NCBI GenBank assembly: GCA_040880145.1
Contig: JBBDIZ010000029.1
Coordinates: 4,820-68,819, forward strand
Direction of reading: 5' to 3'
Source: Simkaniaceae bacterium
GTDB taxonomy: Bacteria > Chlamydiota > Chlamydiia > Chlamydiales > JAJFMI01
Length of the DNA: 64,000 nucleotides
A program made the position numbers and the translations under genes. The notes below the pieces were generated by a model that was given only the letters and a program-made list of their open reading frames with translations, ran no database searches and was not told the origin of the DNA. Positions 45,022 through 54,693 of the stretch are shown piece by piece (the first letter of the stretch is position 1; each line of letters begins with the position of its first letter).

Positions 45022-47142
45022 ATGGCAACGTTATTTTCCATGAGCAAGCAATTAGCCCCTCTAAAAAAGCGATCTTTTTCGCGATTCGATACTGAAAAGC
45101 TAAAAAGCGCAATCTCAGCGTTAAAACAGAAAGAGAGCCTCGAAGAAAAGGAACAATTTTTTGATCCTCTTTTTTCAGAGTTTTTTCACGATCACCTGGC
45201 TCTGGCCTTTTGTATAAACCACCTGCCGATAAAAGCGCGGCTTTTGCTCAAATCCTTACTCTTGATCGATCAAAAGCATCTTCTTTCTACAAGTTCTTAT
45301 GAAGGAGACATTGAAGAAGCACTTATAAAGCTCGTTAAGCAGCTGGAGCCGATCGAAAAATTTTATGAAGACCAGGGGGGGGTGATCGGTTACCAAGTCA
45401 AAGTTTATGAAATGATACGGGACCGGAGTTCCTTTGAGGAAAAAGCTCATTATCATCCGCCTCCTTTTCAGGATATCTCTTTCTTAAATCCAAAAACAGA
45501 GGAGTTGATCAATGAAGGGCTTTTGCACATGCCGGAGCTTGCTGAAATTTATCCTGTTGGAGGTGCAGCAGATCGATTAGGACTCGTTGAGAAGGACTCT
45601 GGAGAAAACTTGCCTGCAGCCAGACTTGATTTTCTCGAATCTAATCTCTTAGAAAGGTTGATACGCGACTTAGTGGCGCGTGAATATCTTTATTATAAAA
45701 AATTTGGCAAGCAATTAATGACGCCTGTTGTTCTGATGACCTCAAAAGTTAAAGACGGCGATCATCATGTCCGAGAAATTTGTGAGAAAAATCATTGGTT
45801 TAATCGACCAAAAACAAGTTTCAAAATTTTTTGTCAGCCGCTTATCCCAACTTTTGATATCGAGGGGAAGTGGTGTTTAAAAGCCCCCTTTTCGCTTCTT
45901 TTAAAGCCCGGAGGCCATGGCGTTCTTTGGCGTTTAGCAGAACTTAAAGGCGTCTATCAATTTTTAAGCGATCAAGGACGAAAAAAGGCTTTAATCCGAC
46001 AAATAAACAATCCCATTGCAGGGGTTGATTATGGACTTTTAGCCTTTACAGGGTATGGATTTAAGCATAATCGCGTTTTTGGGTTTGCCTCATGTCCAAG
46101 ACGAGTTAGAGCCAATGAGGGAATGAATGTCACTTGCGAGAAAAAATTAGGGTCTGACTCAGAATTTGCCCTAACAAATGTAGAATATTGTGAATTTTCC
46201 TATCATGGAATCGAGGACAAACCTTTAGAGCAAGGGGGAGAGTTTTCGAAATTTCCTTCCAATACCAATATTCTTTTTGCAGATTTAGAGGCTCTAAAAA
46301 AAGCGCAAAAAAAGAATCCTTTTCCGGGAAGTATTCTGAACTTTCGATCGGATCAGATTTTTGATGGCCTGAAATATGTAGATGAAAAGGTTGCAAGAAT
46401 TGAAACAACCATGCAAAACATTGCCGATAGCTTTGTTTCAAGAAGTAAAAAAAAGTCCGATCTTCTCTCTTATCTAACTTTTAATCAAAGACGAAAAACC
46501 ATTTCAGTTACAAAGAGAAAAATGACAAAGAAAGATTTTTTTGAAACGCCTCAAAGCTGTCTTTATGATTTTTTACAAAATGGCTATGATCTACTTAAAG
46601 ACCATTGTGGTTTTATCCTCCCGCCAAGACAAAGCCAGGAAGATTTTATCGAAAACGGCCCCGATTTTCTCTTGAATTATCATCCGGCACTGGGTCCTCT
46701 CTACACCTCGATTGCAAAAAAAATAAGCAAGGGAGAGATTAAAAAAGGGAGTGAAATGGTTTTAGAAATAGCCGAACTATCCATGCAAAATTTTCAATTG
46801 GACGGAAGCTTTGTTGTTCTTTGCCGTTGCCCTCTTGGCCATCTCGATCAAGAGCAAAAGCTCCATTTTTCAGAGCGCGCCCCCCGATGCACTTTAAAAA
46901 ATGTGACCGTTAAGAACAAGGGATATAGCAAGCTTGAACAAAAAACACTACTGGACTCTCCTCATCCTCGAAAAGAGTCTTTAACCCTCATTCTCAATGA
47001 GAACAGCCATTTTATTGCAAGCGATCTTCACTTCACAGAACCTGCAATCATAGAGGTTCCCCCTAATACAATTGTAAGAGCCCTGAAAAAAAACGACAAA
47101 CTTAATTTTCAAACTACGAAGCTATCCAAAGTCCTTGGTTGA
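45022..47142 (+). CDS. UDPGP-family (UTP--sugar-1-phosphate uridylyltransferase-like) protein
   Basis: 706 aa. IYPVGGAADRLGL and LLLKPGGHGVLW resemble the nucleotide-binding loop and the P-x-GHG of the UDPGP family. The rest is unassigned. Confidence 0.45.
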   Translation: MATLFSMSKQLAPLKKRSFSRFDTEKLKSAISALKQKESLEEKEQFFDPLFSEFFHDHLALAFCINHLPIKARLLLKSLLLIDQKHLLSTSSYEGDIEEALIKLVKQLEPIEKFYEDQGGVIGYQVKVYEMIRDRSSFEEKAHYHPPPFQDISFLNPKTEELINEGLLHMPELAEIYPVGGAADRLGLVEKDSGENLPAARLDFLESNLLERLIRDLVAREYLYYKKFGKQLMTPVVLMTSKVKDGDHHVREICEKNHWFNRPKTSFKIFCQPLIPTFDIEGKWCLKAPFSLLLKPGGHGVLWRLAELKGVYQFLSDQGRKKALIRQINNPIAGVDYGLLAFTGYGFKHNRVFGFASCPRRVRANEGMNVTCEKKLGSDSEFALTNVEYCEFSYHGIEDKPLEQGGEFSKFPSNTNILFADLEALKKAQKKNPFPGSILNFRSDQIFDGLKYVDEKVARIETTMQNIADSFVSRSKKKSDLLSYLTFNQRRKTISVTKRKMTKKDFFETPQSCLYDFLQNGYDLLKDHCGFILPPRQSQEDFIENGPDFLLNYHPALGPLYTSIAKKISKGEIKKGSEMVLEIAELSMQNFQLDGSFVVLCRCPLGHLDQEQKLHFSERAPRCTLKNVTVKNKGYSKLEQKTLLDSPHPRKESLTLILNENSHFIASDLHFTEPAIIEVPPNTIVRALKKNDKLNFQTTKLSKVLG

Positions 47143-47449
47143 GGTTGGATTTTTCTTTGTGCATTATTGATGGCTTGTTATTTTTTTTATTATTATGAAC
47201 AAGTAGAGCATTTTTCTTCACTGGTACATTTGCTTTTGAAAAACACATCTGCTTTATGGCTGCATCTATAAGATATAGGATGGCAAAGAGAATAAGGAGA
47301 GCTAAAAAAAATAAAATGATTACGGTGGCAACAACGATGAGGACGGGCTGGGTTGATGCGGCATCAAACATAGGCGTTAAAAGCTCGCCTGCGGCCGGGC
47401 CTGCTTTGCTAAATAGATCTGAAATAGAATTGTTTAAACCTTCGAACAT
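47114..47449 (-). CDS. small single-pass membrane protein, unknown function
   Basis: 111 aa. One strong TM segment (VLIVVATVIILFFLALLILFAILYLI) and a basic C-terminus. Overlaps the previous gene's 3' end by 29 nt. Confidence 0.35.
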   Translation of the reverse strand: MFEGLNNSISDLFSKAGPAAGELLTPMFDAASTQPVLIVVATVIILFFLALLILFAILYLIDAAIKQMCFSKANVPVKKNALLVHNNKKNNKPSIMHKEKSNLNQGLWIAS

Positions 47450-47607
47450 TTGATCCCCCTAATTTTTTTTGCACATTGTATAGTATTTTATTTTTATGTA
47501 AAGAAAAAGATTGTTTTGCGTAAAGAATTATAAAGGACTTGCAAGATTGCATTTCCAGGCAGAGCAAGTTATACTCGTGAATTCTAAATTATATAGGGAG
47601 CTGAAAA

Positions 47608-48703
47608 ATGAATGAAGAGATTCGATCTAGTTTAAGTGATCTCGAAAAGAGGTTGGGTGATCTATGGAGGTTTCTTTGACCTGGATGTAAAGAGAGACAC
47701 TCTTCAAAAGCTCGAAAATGAGATGGAACAAGTCTCTTTTTGGGATGACAATCAGGCTGCACAAAAGACAATTACAATAGCTAATGAGCTAAAGGGATGG
47801 ATTGAGCCTTATGATGAACTCAATAAACGTTTTTTAAGCTTAGCAGAATTTTTTAAGGAACTCGATAAAGAGTCTGATCCCGAATTCTTCTCAGAGCTAG
47901 AGGTTGAGTTGAGCGCAATCGAGGAGGGGCTTTCAGACCTTGAGATAAAAAAAATGCTTTCCGGAGAACTCGATAATAAAAATTGTTATTTGAGCATTAA
48001 TTCTGGAGCCGGGGGTACGGAAGCTTGTGATTGGGCAGAGATGCTTGCGCGTATGTATGAGCGGTGGGCCCAAAGAAAAAAGTATAAAATTGAAGTGATC
48101 GATCGCGTTTCAGGAGACGTTGCGGGCATAAAGAGCGTGACTTATAAGTTCAATGGACCTTTTGCTTATGGCTATGCTAAAGCGGAAAAGGGGGTGCATC
48201 GCTTAGTTCGAATCTCCCCATTTGATAGTCAAGCTAGACGCCACACGAGTTTTGCTTCTGTGGATGTGAGCCCTGATATCGAAGATGATATCGAGATTGA
48301 GATCAAACCCGACGATGTCAGAATCGATACCTTTCGATCGTCTGGGGCTGGAGGACAGCATGTCAATGTCACCGATTCTGCAGTTCGCTTGACTCATATT
48401 CCGACAAATATTGTCGTAACGTGTCAAAAAGAGCGCTCTCAGCTTCAAAATAAGGAAACCTGTTTTCAAATGTTGAAATCAAAACTTTACGAGCAAAAGG
48501 TTTTAGAGCGGGAGGCCGCCCTTAAAAAAATGGAAGGGGAGAAAAAAGAGATTGCATGGGGATCGCAAATCCGCAATTATATCTTTCATCCTTATTCATT
48601 AGTGAAAGACACGCGAACCAAGTATGAGGAAGGGCATGTTCAGAAGGTAATGGATGGCGATCTTGACCCTTTTATTAATGCATACTTAAAGGAATTTGGA
48701 TAA
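47608..48703 (+). CDS. prfB: peptide chain release factor 2 (requires programmed +1 frameshift at 47674-47680)
   Basis: Frame-0 leader MNEEIRSSLSDLEKRLGDLWRFL ends at an in-frame TGA (47677-47679). The +1 frame continues DLDVKRD... and carries the SPF (RISPFDS) and GGQ (SGAGGQHVN) motifs. Confidence 0.95.
47666..47680 (+). promoter_or_regulatory. prfB programmed +1 frameshift site
   Basis: Internal SD-like GGAGG (47666-47670), a 3-nt spacer, then the slippery CTT TGA C. Confidence 0.9.
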
Positions 48704-49206
48704 TGGCATTTATCGAAGAAAAAGAGTTTGACATTCGCTACTCAAAGCTTCAAGACGAAGCAAAATTAAGTCAATGGCTTGAAGACCCGGCAACCCTTCG
48801 CTGGTTTCCTCAATCAAGCATGGAAGAGTTAGCGCCTATGGTGCGCAATTGGGTTGGGTTTTCTCGATTTCGAGCTTCTCTAACAGCTACTTACAAAGAG
48901 GAAGTTATTGGGATTGCGACCCTTTTTCTTATGCCTTATCGAAAGGTTGCTCATATGGCGATGCCTTATTTTGTCGTGGATCCAAAGTTTCGGAGAAAGC
49001 AAGTCGGGCACTCTTTGATTAAAAACATTAAACATCTAGCCAAAACGCGATTTAATTTAGAGTCTCTTTTTTTAGACCTCTATGAGGGATGTCCGGCGAT
49101 CGAATTTTTGCTCAAACAAGGTTTTACTATCGTAGCTGAGCAGGACAATTTTGTTCATCTCGATGGGAAAGAGTATAAACGCGCGATTATGGAGGTAAGG
49201 CTATGA
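48703..49206 (+). CDS. GNAT-family N-acetyltransferase
   Basis: 167 aa. Acetyl-CoA loop-like RRKQVGHSLIKNI. The start overlaps the prfB stop. Confidence 0.6.
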   Translation: MAFIEEKEFDIRYSKLQDEAKLSQWLEDPATLRWFPQSSMEELAPMVRNWVGFSRFRASLTATYKEEVIGIATLFLMPYRKVAHMAMPYFVVDPKFRRKQVGHSLIKNIKHLAKTRFNLESLFLDLYEGCPAIEFLLKQGFTIVAEQDNFVHLDGKEYKRAIMEVRL

Positions 49207-49703
49207 GTCAAGAGTTGACTTTTCGATTAACAAAAGAAGAGGATGCTCCGCTTTTAAAATCTTGGCTGCTCTCTCCGGGGGTCCTCAACTGGTTTCCTCT
49301 TGTAACCGATAGAGAGATTGATGATTCGATTCGTTTTTGGATGACCTTTCTTGATAAAAAATGTTCTATAACTACTTGTCTTGGAAACACACCTGTTGGG
49401 ATGAGCAATCTCTATCTTCAAAATTATGAAAAGGTCAAACATCAGACCCTTTTTGTTATTTGTGGAAACCCCGAATATTACAATCGTGGATATGGGGCAG
49501 CTCTTTTAAAATATATGATCCAACTTGCTGAAAAAGAGTTTGGTATTACGCTTTTACATCTCGAAGTGTATGAAGGCAATCCCGCCATTCGTCTTTATGA
49601 GCGCTTGGGTTTTGAAAAATATGGATGTCATAAGCGTTTTTTAAAGGATCAAAATGGCGCTTATCGTGATAAAATTTTAATGCAAAAAAAGTTAGGTTTA
49701 TAG
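49203..49703 (+). CDS. GNAT-family N-acetyltransferase (paralog)
   Basis: 166 aa. YNRGYGAALLKYMI and NPAIRLYERLGFEKYG. ATGA overlap with the upstream GNAT. Confidence 0.7.
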   Translation: MSQELTFRLTKEEDAPLLKSWLLSPGVLNWFPLVTDREIDDSIRFWMTFLDKKCSITTCLGNTPVGMSNLYLQNYEKVKHQTLFVICGNPEYYNRGYGAALLKYMIQLAEKEFGITLLHLEVYEGNPAIRLYERLGFEKYGCHKRFLKDQNGAYRDKILMQKKLGL

Positions 49704-49707
49704 ATTT

Positions 49708-50418
49708 ATGGCAGGGCATAGTAAGTGGGCAAATATCAAGCATAAGAAAGAGCGGGTAGATGCCAAAAAGGGAAAAATCTTTTCAAGGCTTGCAAAAGAG
49801 ATCATTTCAGCGGTTAAGCAAGGGGGCCCGGATCCTAAAAGTAATGCCAAACTTCGCTTAGTAGTTCAAAAAGCGAAGGCTGCAAATCTACCCAATGACC
49901 TCATCGATCGTAATGTTAAGAAGGCCTCTGAGAGCGATAGCAGCGATTACAGTGAAATGACCTATGAAATTTATGGGCATGGGGGCGTTGGTTTAATTAT
50001 TGAGGCCATGACAGATAATAAAAATCGAACGGCTTCTGAAATGCGCATTGCAACCAATAAGAGGGGAGGCTCTATCGCAACTCCCGGCGCTGTAGCCTTC
50101 AATTTTGATCGAAAAGGCGTTATCCAAGTCAATAAAGCAGATGCCCTAGAAGAGGCGCTATTTCTTCTTGTCACTGATGCGGGTGCTGAGGACTTTACTC
50201 AAGAAGACGATCTCTTCATTATTGTGACTCCACCAGATGCACTCTACCAGGTTAAAGAGGTCTTAGATGCAAAAGAGATCCCGTCTGAGGCGAGTTTAGA
50301 CTATTTGCCTAAAACGTATGTCGAAGTCGCGGAAGAGCTTCAAAATGCGAACTTAGCGCTTATTGAGTGGTTAGAAAATGTCGATGATGTCGATGCGGTT
50401 TACCACAACATGTCTTAA
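49708..50418 (+). CDS. yebC: YebC/PmpR-family transcriptional regulator
   Basis: 236 aa. MAGHSKWANIKHKK start. Confidence 0.93.
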   Translation: MAGHSKWANIKHKKERVDAKKGKIFSRLAKEIISAVKQGGPDPKSNAKLRLVVQKAKAANLPNDLIDRNVKKASESDSSDYSEMTYEIYGHGGVGLIIEAMTDNKNRTASEMRIATNKRGGSIATPGAVAFNFDRKGVIQVNKADALEEALFLLVTDAGAEDFTQEDDLFIIVTPPDALYQVKEVLDAKEIPSEASLDYLPKTYVEVAEELQNANLALIEWLENVDDVDAVYHNMS

Positions 50419-50447
50419 TAAGGAAATTGGATATCAAAAATTTTTCT

Positions 50448-51035
50448 TTATTTTGCTTTTAAAAATTTAATCAGTCGAATGGGTGCTAGCGAGAGCATTA
50501 ACAGACTAAAGAGTGTACTGAGTATAAAGAAATACTTGGGAAAAAGAATCATCGCTAAAAAGAAAACAAAAGCTTCGGCTCTTTCTATAATCCCCGGGGG
50601 TTGGTGTGAAGTTGAATTTTTTTCATTTTCTTTGAAAATTCCAACGATCAGCAATGAAGTCACACAAAGAAGAATGCTTCCCACCATCAATAGTGATGTT
50701 AGCGCGCGCGGAATTGGATCATAGAGAAATAAACCCATTACAACTGAAAGTTCTACAATGCGGTCGCTAAAAATATCAAAGAGAGCTCCTCGATTTGAAA
50801 TCATATTCAAATGGCGTGCAAGTGAGCCGTCCAAAGTGTCAAAGAAGCCGGAAATCAGGAGGGTTCCAATTGCCAAATAGGGGTAATTAAAAGCAATTAA
50901 GGGGAGCGTAATGATTCCAAAGATGAGCGCTGTAAGGGTGAGGGAGGCGGGTTTTCGTTTCTTGATAAAGGTGAGTCTTAATAAAGGCTCGATAATGAAG
51001 CGCTGATAGGGAGCAAGAAGGCTGCTAGCAAGCAT
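50448..51035 (-). CDS. CDP-alcohol phosphatidyltransferase family protein
   Basis: 195 aa. DTLDGSLAR-x8-G-x3-D-x3-D (FDTLDGSLARHLNMISNRGALFDIFSDRIVE). Confidence 0.85.
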   Translation of the reverse strand: MLASSLLAPYQRFIIEPLLRLTFIKKRKPASLTLTALIFGIITLPLIAFNYPYLAIGTLLISGFFDTLDGSLARHLNMISNRGALFDIFSDRIVELSVVMGLFLYDPIPRALTSLLMVGSILLCVTSLLIVGIFKENEKNSTSHQPPGIIERAEAFVFFLAMILFPKYFFILSTLFSLLMLSLAPIRLIKFLKAK

Positions 51036-51091
51036 GGGGTTTCCTTAAACTTGTGATCTTCATGGGGAATTGATATATTTAAATTATCGTT

Positions 51092-53683
51092 ATGAATCAA
51101 GAAAAAAAACGTCTTCTAGAAGATAAAAAAAAGAAAAAGCACTGGCGTCGTTTCGGTCCCTATTTAGCTGAACGTCAATGGGGAACGGTTCGAGAAGATT
51201 ATAGCTCTGATGGGAATGCATGGGACTATTTCACCTATGATGTCGCAAAATCACGAGCTTATCGTTGGGGTGAAGATGGAATTGGCGGTATTTCAGATAA
51301 TCACGGTCGGCTTAACTTTGCTTTCAGTTTCTTCAATGGTAATGACTCTCATATCAAAGAGCGGCTTTTTGGACTCTCCAATAGTCAAGGCAATCATGGG
51401 GAAGATATTAAAGAAGAATTCTTTCACCTCGATAATCTTCCAACGCATAGCTACATGCTTTATCTTTATAAATATCCAATAAAAGCCTTTCCCTACGAGG
51501 AACTGATACAAGAAAATCAAAAGCGCGGGCAAAATGAGCCTGAATTTGAACTCTATGACACGGGTGTTCTTGATGAGGGAAATTACTTCGATCTCTTTAT
51601 CGAATACGCAAAAATCACTCCAGATGACCTAGCCATTCGCTTAACTTGTGTCAACCGCTCTTTAAAGGCTGCTCCACTCCATGTGATTCCAACGATTTGG
51701 TATCGCAATACCTGGAGCTTTAAAGAAAATATTAGTCGACCTATCATAAGAGAGGGGGGAGACGATCGCGCTTTTATCGATCACTCGACGCTTGGGCGCT
51801 ATATGTTTTACTTCGAACCCTCAGGTAAGCTCCTTTTTTCAGAGAATGAGACAGGAAAAAAAGAGGAAATCAATCTTTTTTTTACAGAAAAAAAACCTCT
51901 TACTGCAAAAGAGGGGACAAAAGCCGCTTCGGCCTACTCTATAGAACTTGAGCCGGGTGAAGAGCGCATTTTTTATTTCCGCCTATCCGATCAACTTGAT
52001 TTAAAAAATCCCCTACATAACCTTAAAAAGATTTTTAATAAACGAAAAAAAGAGGCGGATGATTTTTATCAGGCACTTCAGCCAAAGCAGTTATCAACTG
52101 ATGGTCAAAGCCTGCAAAGACTTGCCTTTGCCGGTCTTTTGTGGAGTAAACAATTCTACTACTATGTCGTAGAAGATTGGCTCAAAGGAGATCCTTTAAA
52201 ACCTCCCCCTCCTGAGGGACATTGCAAAATAAGAAACTTCGATTGGCTCCATCTCTATAATGATGACGTTTTGTCTGTTCCGGATAAATGGGAGTATCCT
52301 GCCTTTTTTTCTTGGGATACAGCCTTCCATACGATTCCTCTTTCATTGGTCGATCCGGAATTCGCAAAGAAACAACTGATGCTGCTTACGAGGGAATGGT
52401 ATATGCATCCTTCTGGGCAACTGCCTGCCTATGAGTGGAATTTTGACGATGTCAACCCGCCGGTTCACGCGTGGGCCTGTTATCGAGTTTATAAAGTTGA
52501 AGAGAAAATGCAAGGCAAGGGCGATCTTCTTTTTTTAGAAAGTGTCTATCAAAAGCTTCTTATGAATTTTACATGGTGGGTGAACCGCAAAGATGCCGAT
52601 GGAAAAAATGTCTTTCAAGGAGGATTTTTAGGACTTGATAACATCAGCGTCTTCAATCGCTCAGAGCATCTTCCAAAGGAAAGCGCCCTTTATCAATCTG
52701 ATGCAACCAGTTGGATGGGGATGTATTGTTTGAATATGTTAACCATTGCTTTAGAGCTTGCCAAATACAACGCCTCTTATGAGGATATGGCAAGTAAATT
52801 CTATGAACATTTTCTCTATATTGCGGATGCGATTAATGACCCCTCCCATTCATCCGATTCACTGTGGGATGAGGAGGATGGCTTCTATTACGATCTACTC
52901 ATATCAAAAGAGGGAGAAAAGCAGCCTTTAAAGGTGCGCTCGCTCGTTGGCCTCATGCCACTGCTTGCTGTTGCAACTCTTAAACCCGAAGTTCTTGAAA
53001 GAGCAAGAGGCTTTAAAAAACGAATGGATTGGTTTATCGAGCATCGCCATGACTTATGTTCAAAAACTGCTTGTATGAAAACAAAAGGGGTGGATTCAAG
53101 ACGGATTTTAAGCCTTGTTAATCAAGAAAAACTCACTCGAATTTTAAAGTACCTGCTAGACGAAAATGAATTCTTAAGTCCTTATGGGATTCGCTCTATT
53201 TCCAAGTATCATCAAGATCACCCCTATGTACTCAAACTCAATGATCATGATCACCGCGTCGACTATGAACCTGCTGAATCCACACTCAAGCTCTTTGGAG
53301 GCAATTCTAACTGGAGAGGCCCTATCTGGTTCCCGATTAACTTTCTCATTATCGAAGCGCTTCAAAAATATCACCACTATTTTGGAGAGGGTTTAAGGGT
53401 CGAGTGCCCTGCAAATTCAGGAAATTTTCTCAATCTTTGGGAAGTGGCAGCTTTTATTGAAAAACGTCTTTTATCTATATTTCAGGAAGATGAGAGTGGA
53501 AAGCGTCCTGTATTTGGAAAAAATTCCCTTTATCAGACAGATCCCCACTTTCAATCCTATGTCCACTTTCATGAATATTTTCATGGCGATACGGGCTCTG
53601 GCCTCGGCGCCTCTCATCAAACCGGATGGACAGGGCTCATTGCCAAGCTCATCCAGCAGCTTGGAGAACACTCGAATGATTAA
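51092..53683 (+). CDS. GH63-like (MGH1-type) glycoside hydrolase, putative glucosidase
   Basis: 863 aa. N-terminal RFGPYLAERQWGTVREDYSSDGNAWDYF...AYRWGEDGIGGISD. C-terminal (alpha/alpha)6-like region with WEYPAFFSWDTAFH. Confidence 0.6.
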   Translation: MNQEKKRLLEDKKKKKHWRRFGPYLAERQWGTVREDYSSDGNAWDYFTYDVAKSRAYRWGEDGIGGISDNHGRLNFAFSFFNGNDSHIKERLFGLSNSQGNHGEDIKEEFFHLDNLPTHSYMLYLYKYPIKAFPYEELIQENQKRGQNEPEFELYDTGVLDEGNYFDLFIEYAKITPDDLAIRLTCVNRSLKAAPLHVIPTIWYRNTWSFKENISRPIIREGGDDRAFIDHSTLGRYMFYFEPSGKLLFSENETGKKEEINLFFTEKKPLTAKEGTKAASAYSIELEPGEERIFYFRLSDQLDLKNPLHNLKKIFNKRKKEADDFYQALQPKQLSTDGQSLQRLAFAGLLWSKQFYYYVVEDWLKGDPLKPPPPEGHCKIRNFDWLHLYNDDVLSVPDKWEYPAFFSWDTAFHTIPLSLVDPEFAKKQLMLLTREWYMHPSGQLPAYEWNFDDVNPPVHAWACYRVYKVEEKMQGKGDLLFLESVYQKLLMNFTWWVNRKDADGKNVFQGGFLGLDNISVFNRSEHLPKESALYQSDATSWMGMYCLNMLTIALELAKYNASYEDMASKFYEHFLYIADAINDPSHSSDSLWDEEDGFYYDLLISKEGEKQPLKVRSLVGLMPLLAVATLKPEVLERARGFKKRMDWFIEHRHDLCSKTACMKTKGVDSRRILSLVNQEKLTRILKYLLDENEFLSPYGIRSISKYHQDHPYVLKLNDHDHRVDYEPAESTLKLFGGNSNWRGPIWFPINFLIIEALQKYHHYFGEGLRVECPANSGNFLNLWEVAAFIEKRLLSIFQEDESGKRPVFGKNSLYQTDPHFQSYVHFHEYFHGDTGSGLGASHQTGWTGLIAKLIQQLGEHSND

Positions 53684-53728
53684 CAAGAATACAAAAACAT
53701 CAAAATCCTAAATTTTGGTAACTATTCA

Positions 53729-53748
53729 CCCCCCCCCCTTTTTTTTTT
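53729..53748. repeat. homopolymer pair C10T10
   Basis: Counted directly. Lies 45 nt after the GH63-like stop and 100 nt before the next ATG. Confidence 0.95.
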
Positions 53749-53847
53749 AAATCTAAAGGGGACATTTCTCTTTGTGGCCTACATAATTAATATTTCTCTT
53801 GAAAAAAAAATTAATATATCTTAATATATAAAGAATAAAAAAAGGAG

Positions 53848-54693
53848 ATGGGTTTTATGAGCAAAGTTTTTAGGCCTTTAGATTGTAATGAAAAATTTTT
53901 TCTCGGAGAGAGGTTTTATTGCACCCTAGATAATGAGAACAACCTAGAATATATGGAAGATACTCCTTTAAGTAAACTTCAAAAAAAAGAGTTGATAAAA
54001 ACTGTTGGATTACAAGATTACCGAACAAGAATTTTTTTGATTTTGATACCTACAATTCTACAGGATATTGAATATATAGTTGAAGAACACCTTAAGGAAT
54101 TTCTCGAATATTACATAAATTTTTGTAAGGATCGCAAAGACGAGGACAAGTCAAAGGCTGATCTCAGGGCTGCTTTATCTGACAACAGTTATAAACGCTG
54201 TAGCGAAATCCCTAATGCGGCAGCCTTTAATAATATTCCTTTCGTTGTTACTCATTTTAATATTACTTTTGACAAAAAAAATCAAAAATTACCATTTTCT
54301 AAGATACGTGTTTCCTCAGTAGTTGGAGCTGCAATTAATCAGCTGCCGGAGAATGCAGGGATGAACAGGCTTTACTCTTACAAGGAGGTATTTGATCACT
54401 TTGCCGGCTCGAAGGATTCTGATCTATTTAAAAATGCAAAAACAACAATGAAGAAAATCGAACAAATTGCTGAAGAGGCTACTATAACGGCAAATAATAA
54501 GTTTGAAGAGAGTATGGCACAAATAAAAGACGATTATAAGATTGAAGTCCTTGATGAGGAGCCACCGACTCTTAATGAGGAGCAACCGACTTGTTTTTTA
54601 AAAAATATTCTGAACTCTATTTATAATTTCTTTCTTATAATCTTTGGTGTAATCTATATTTTATGTGTTTGCTTCATTAATCCTCAGCCTTAG
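53848..54693 (+). CDS. hypothetical protein with C-terminal TM anchor
   Basis: 281 aa with low-GC coding sequence. Single C-terminal hydrophobic segment FFLIIFGVIYILCVCFI. No motif recognised. Confidence 0.4.
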   Translation: MGFMSKVFRPLDCNEKFFLGERFYCTLDNENNLEYMEDTPLSKLQKKELIKTVGLQDYRTRIFLILIPTILQDIEYIVEEHLKEFLEYYINFCKDRKDEDKSKADLRAALSDNSYKRCSEIPNAAAFNNIPFVVTHFNITFDKKNQKLPFSKIRVSSVVGAAINQLPENAGMNRLYSYKEVFDHFAGSKDSDLFKNAKTTMKKIEQIAEEATITANNKFEESMAQIKDDYKIEVLDEEPPTLNEEQPTCFLKNILNSIYNFFLIIFGVIYILCVCFINPQP

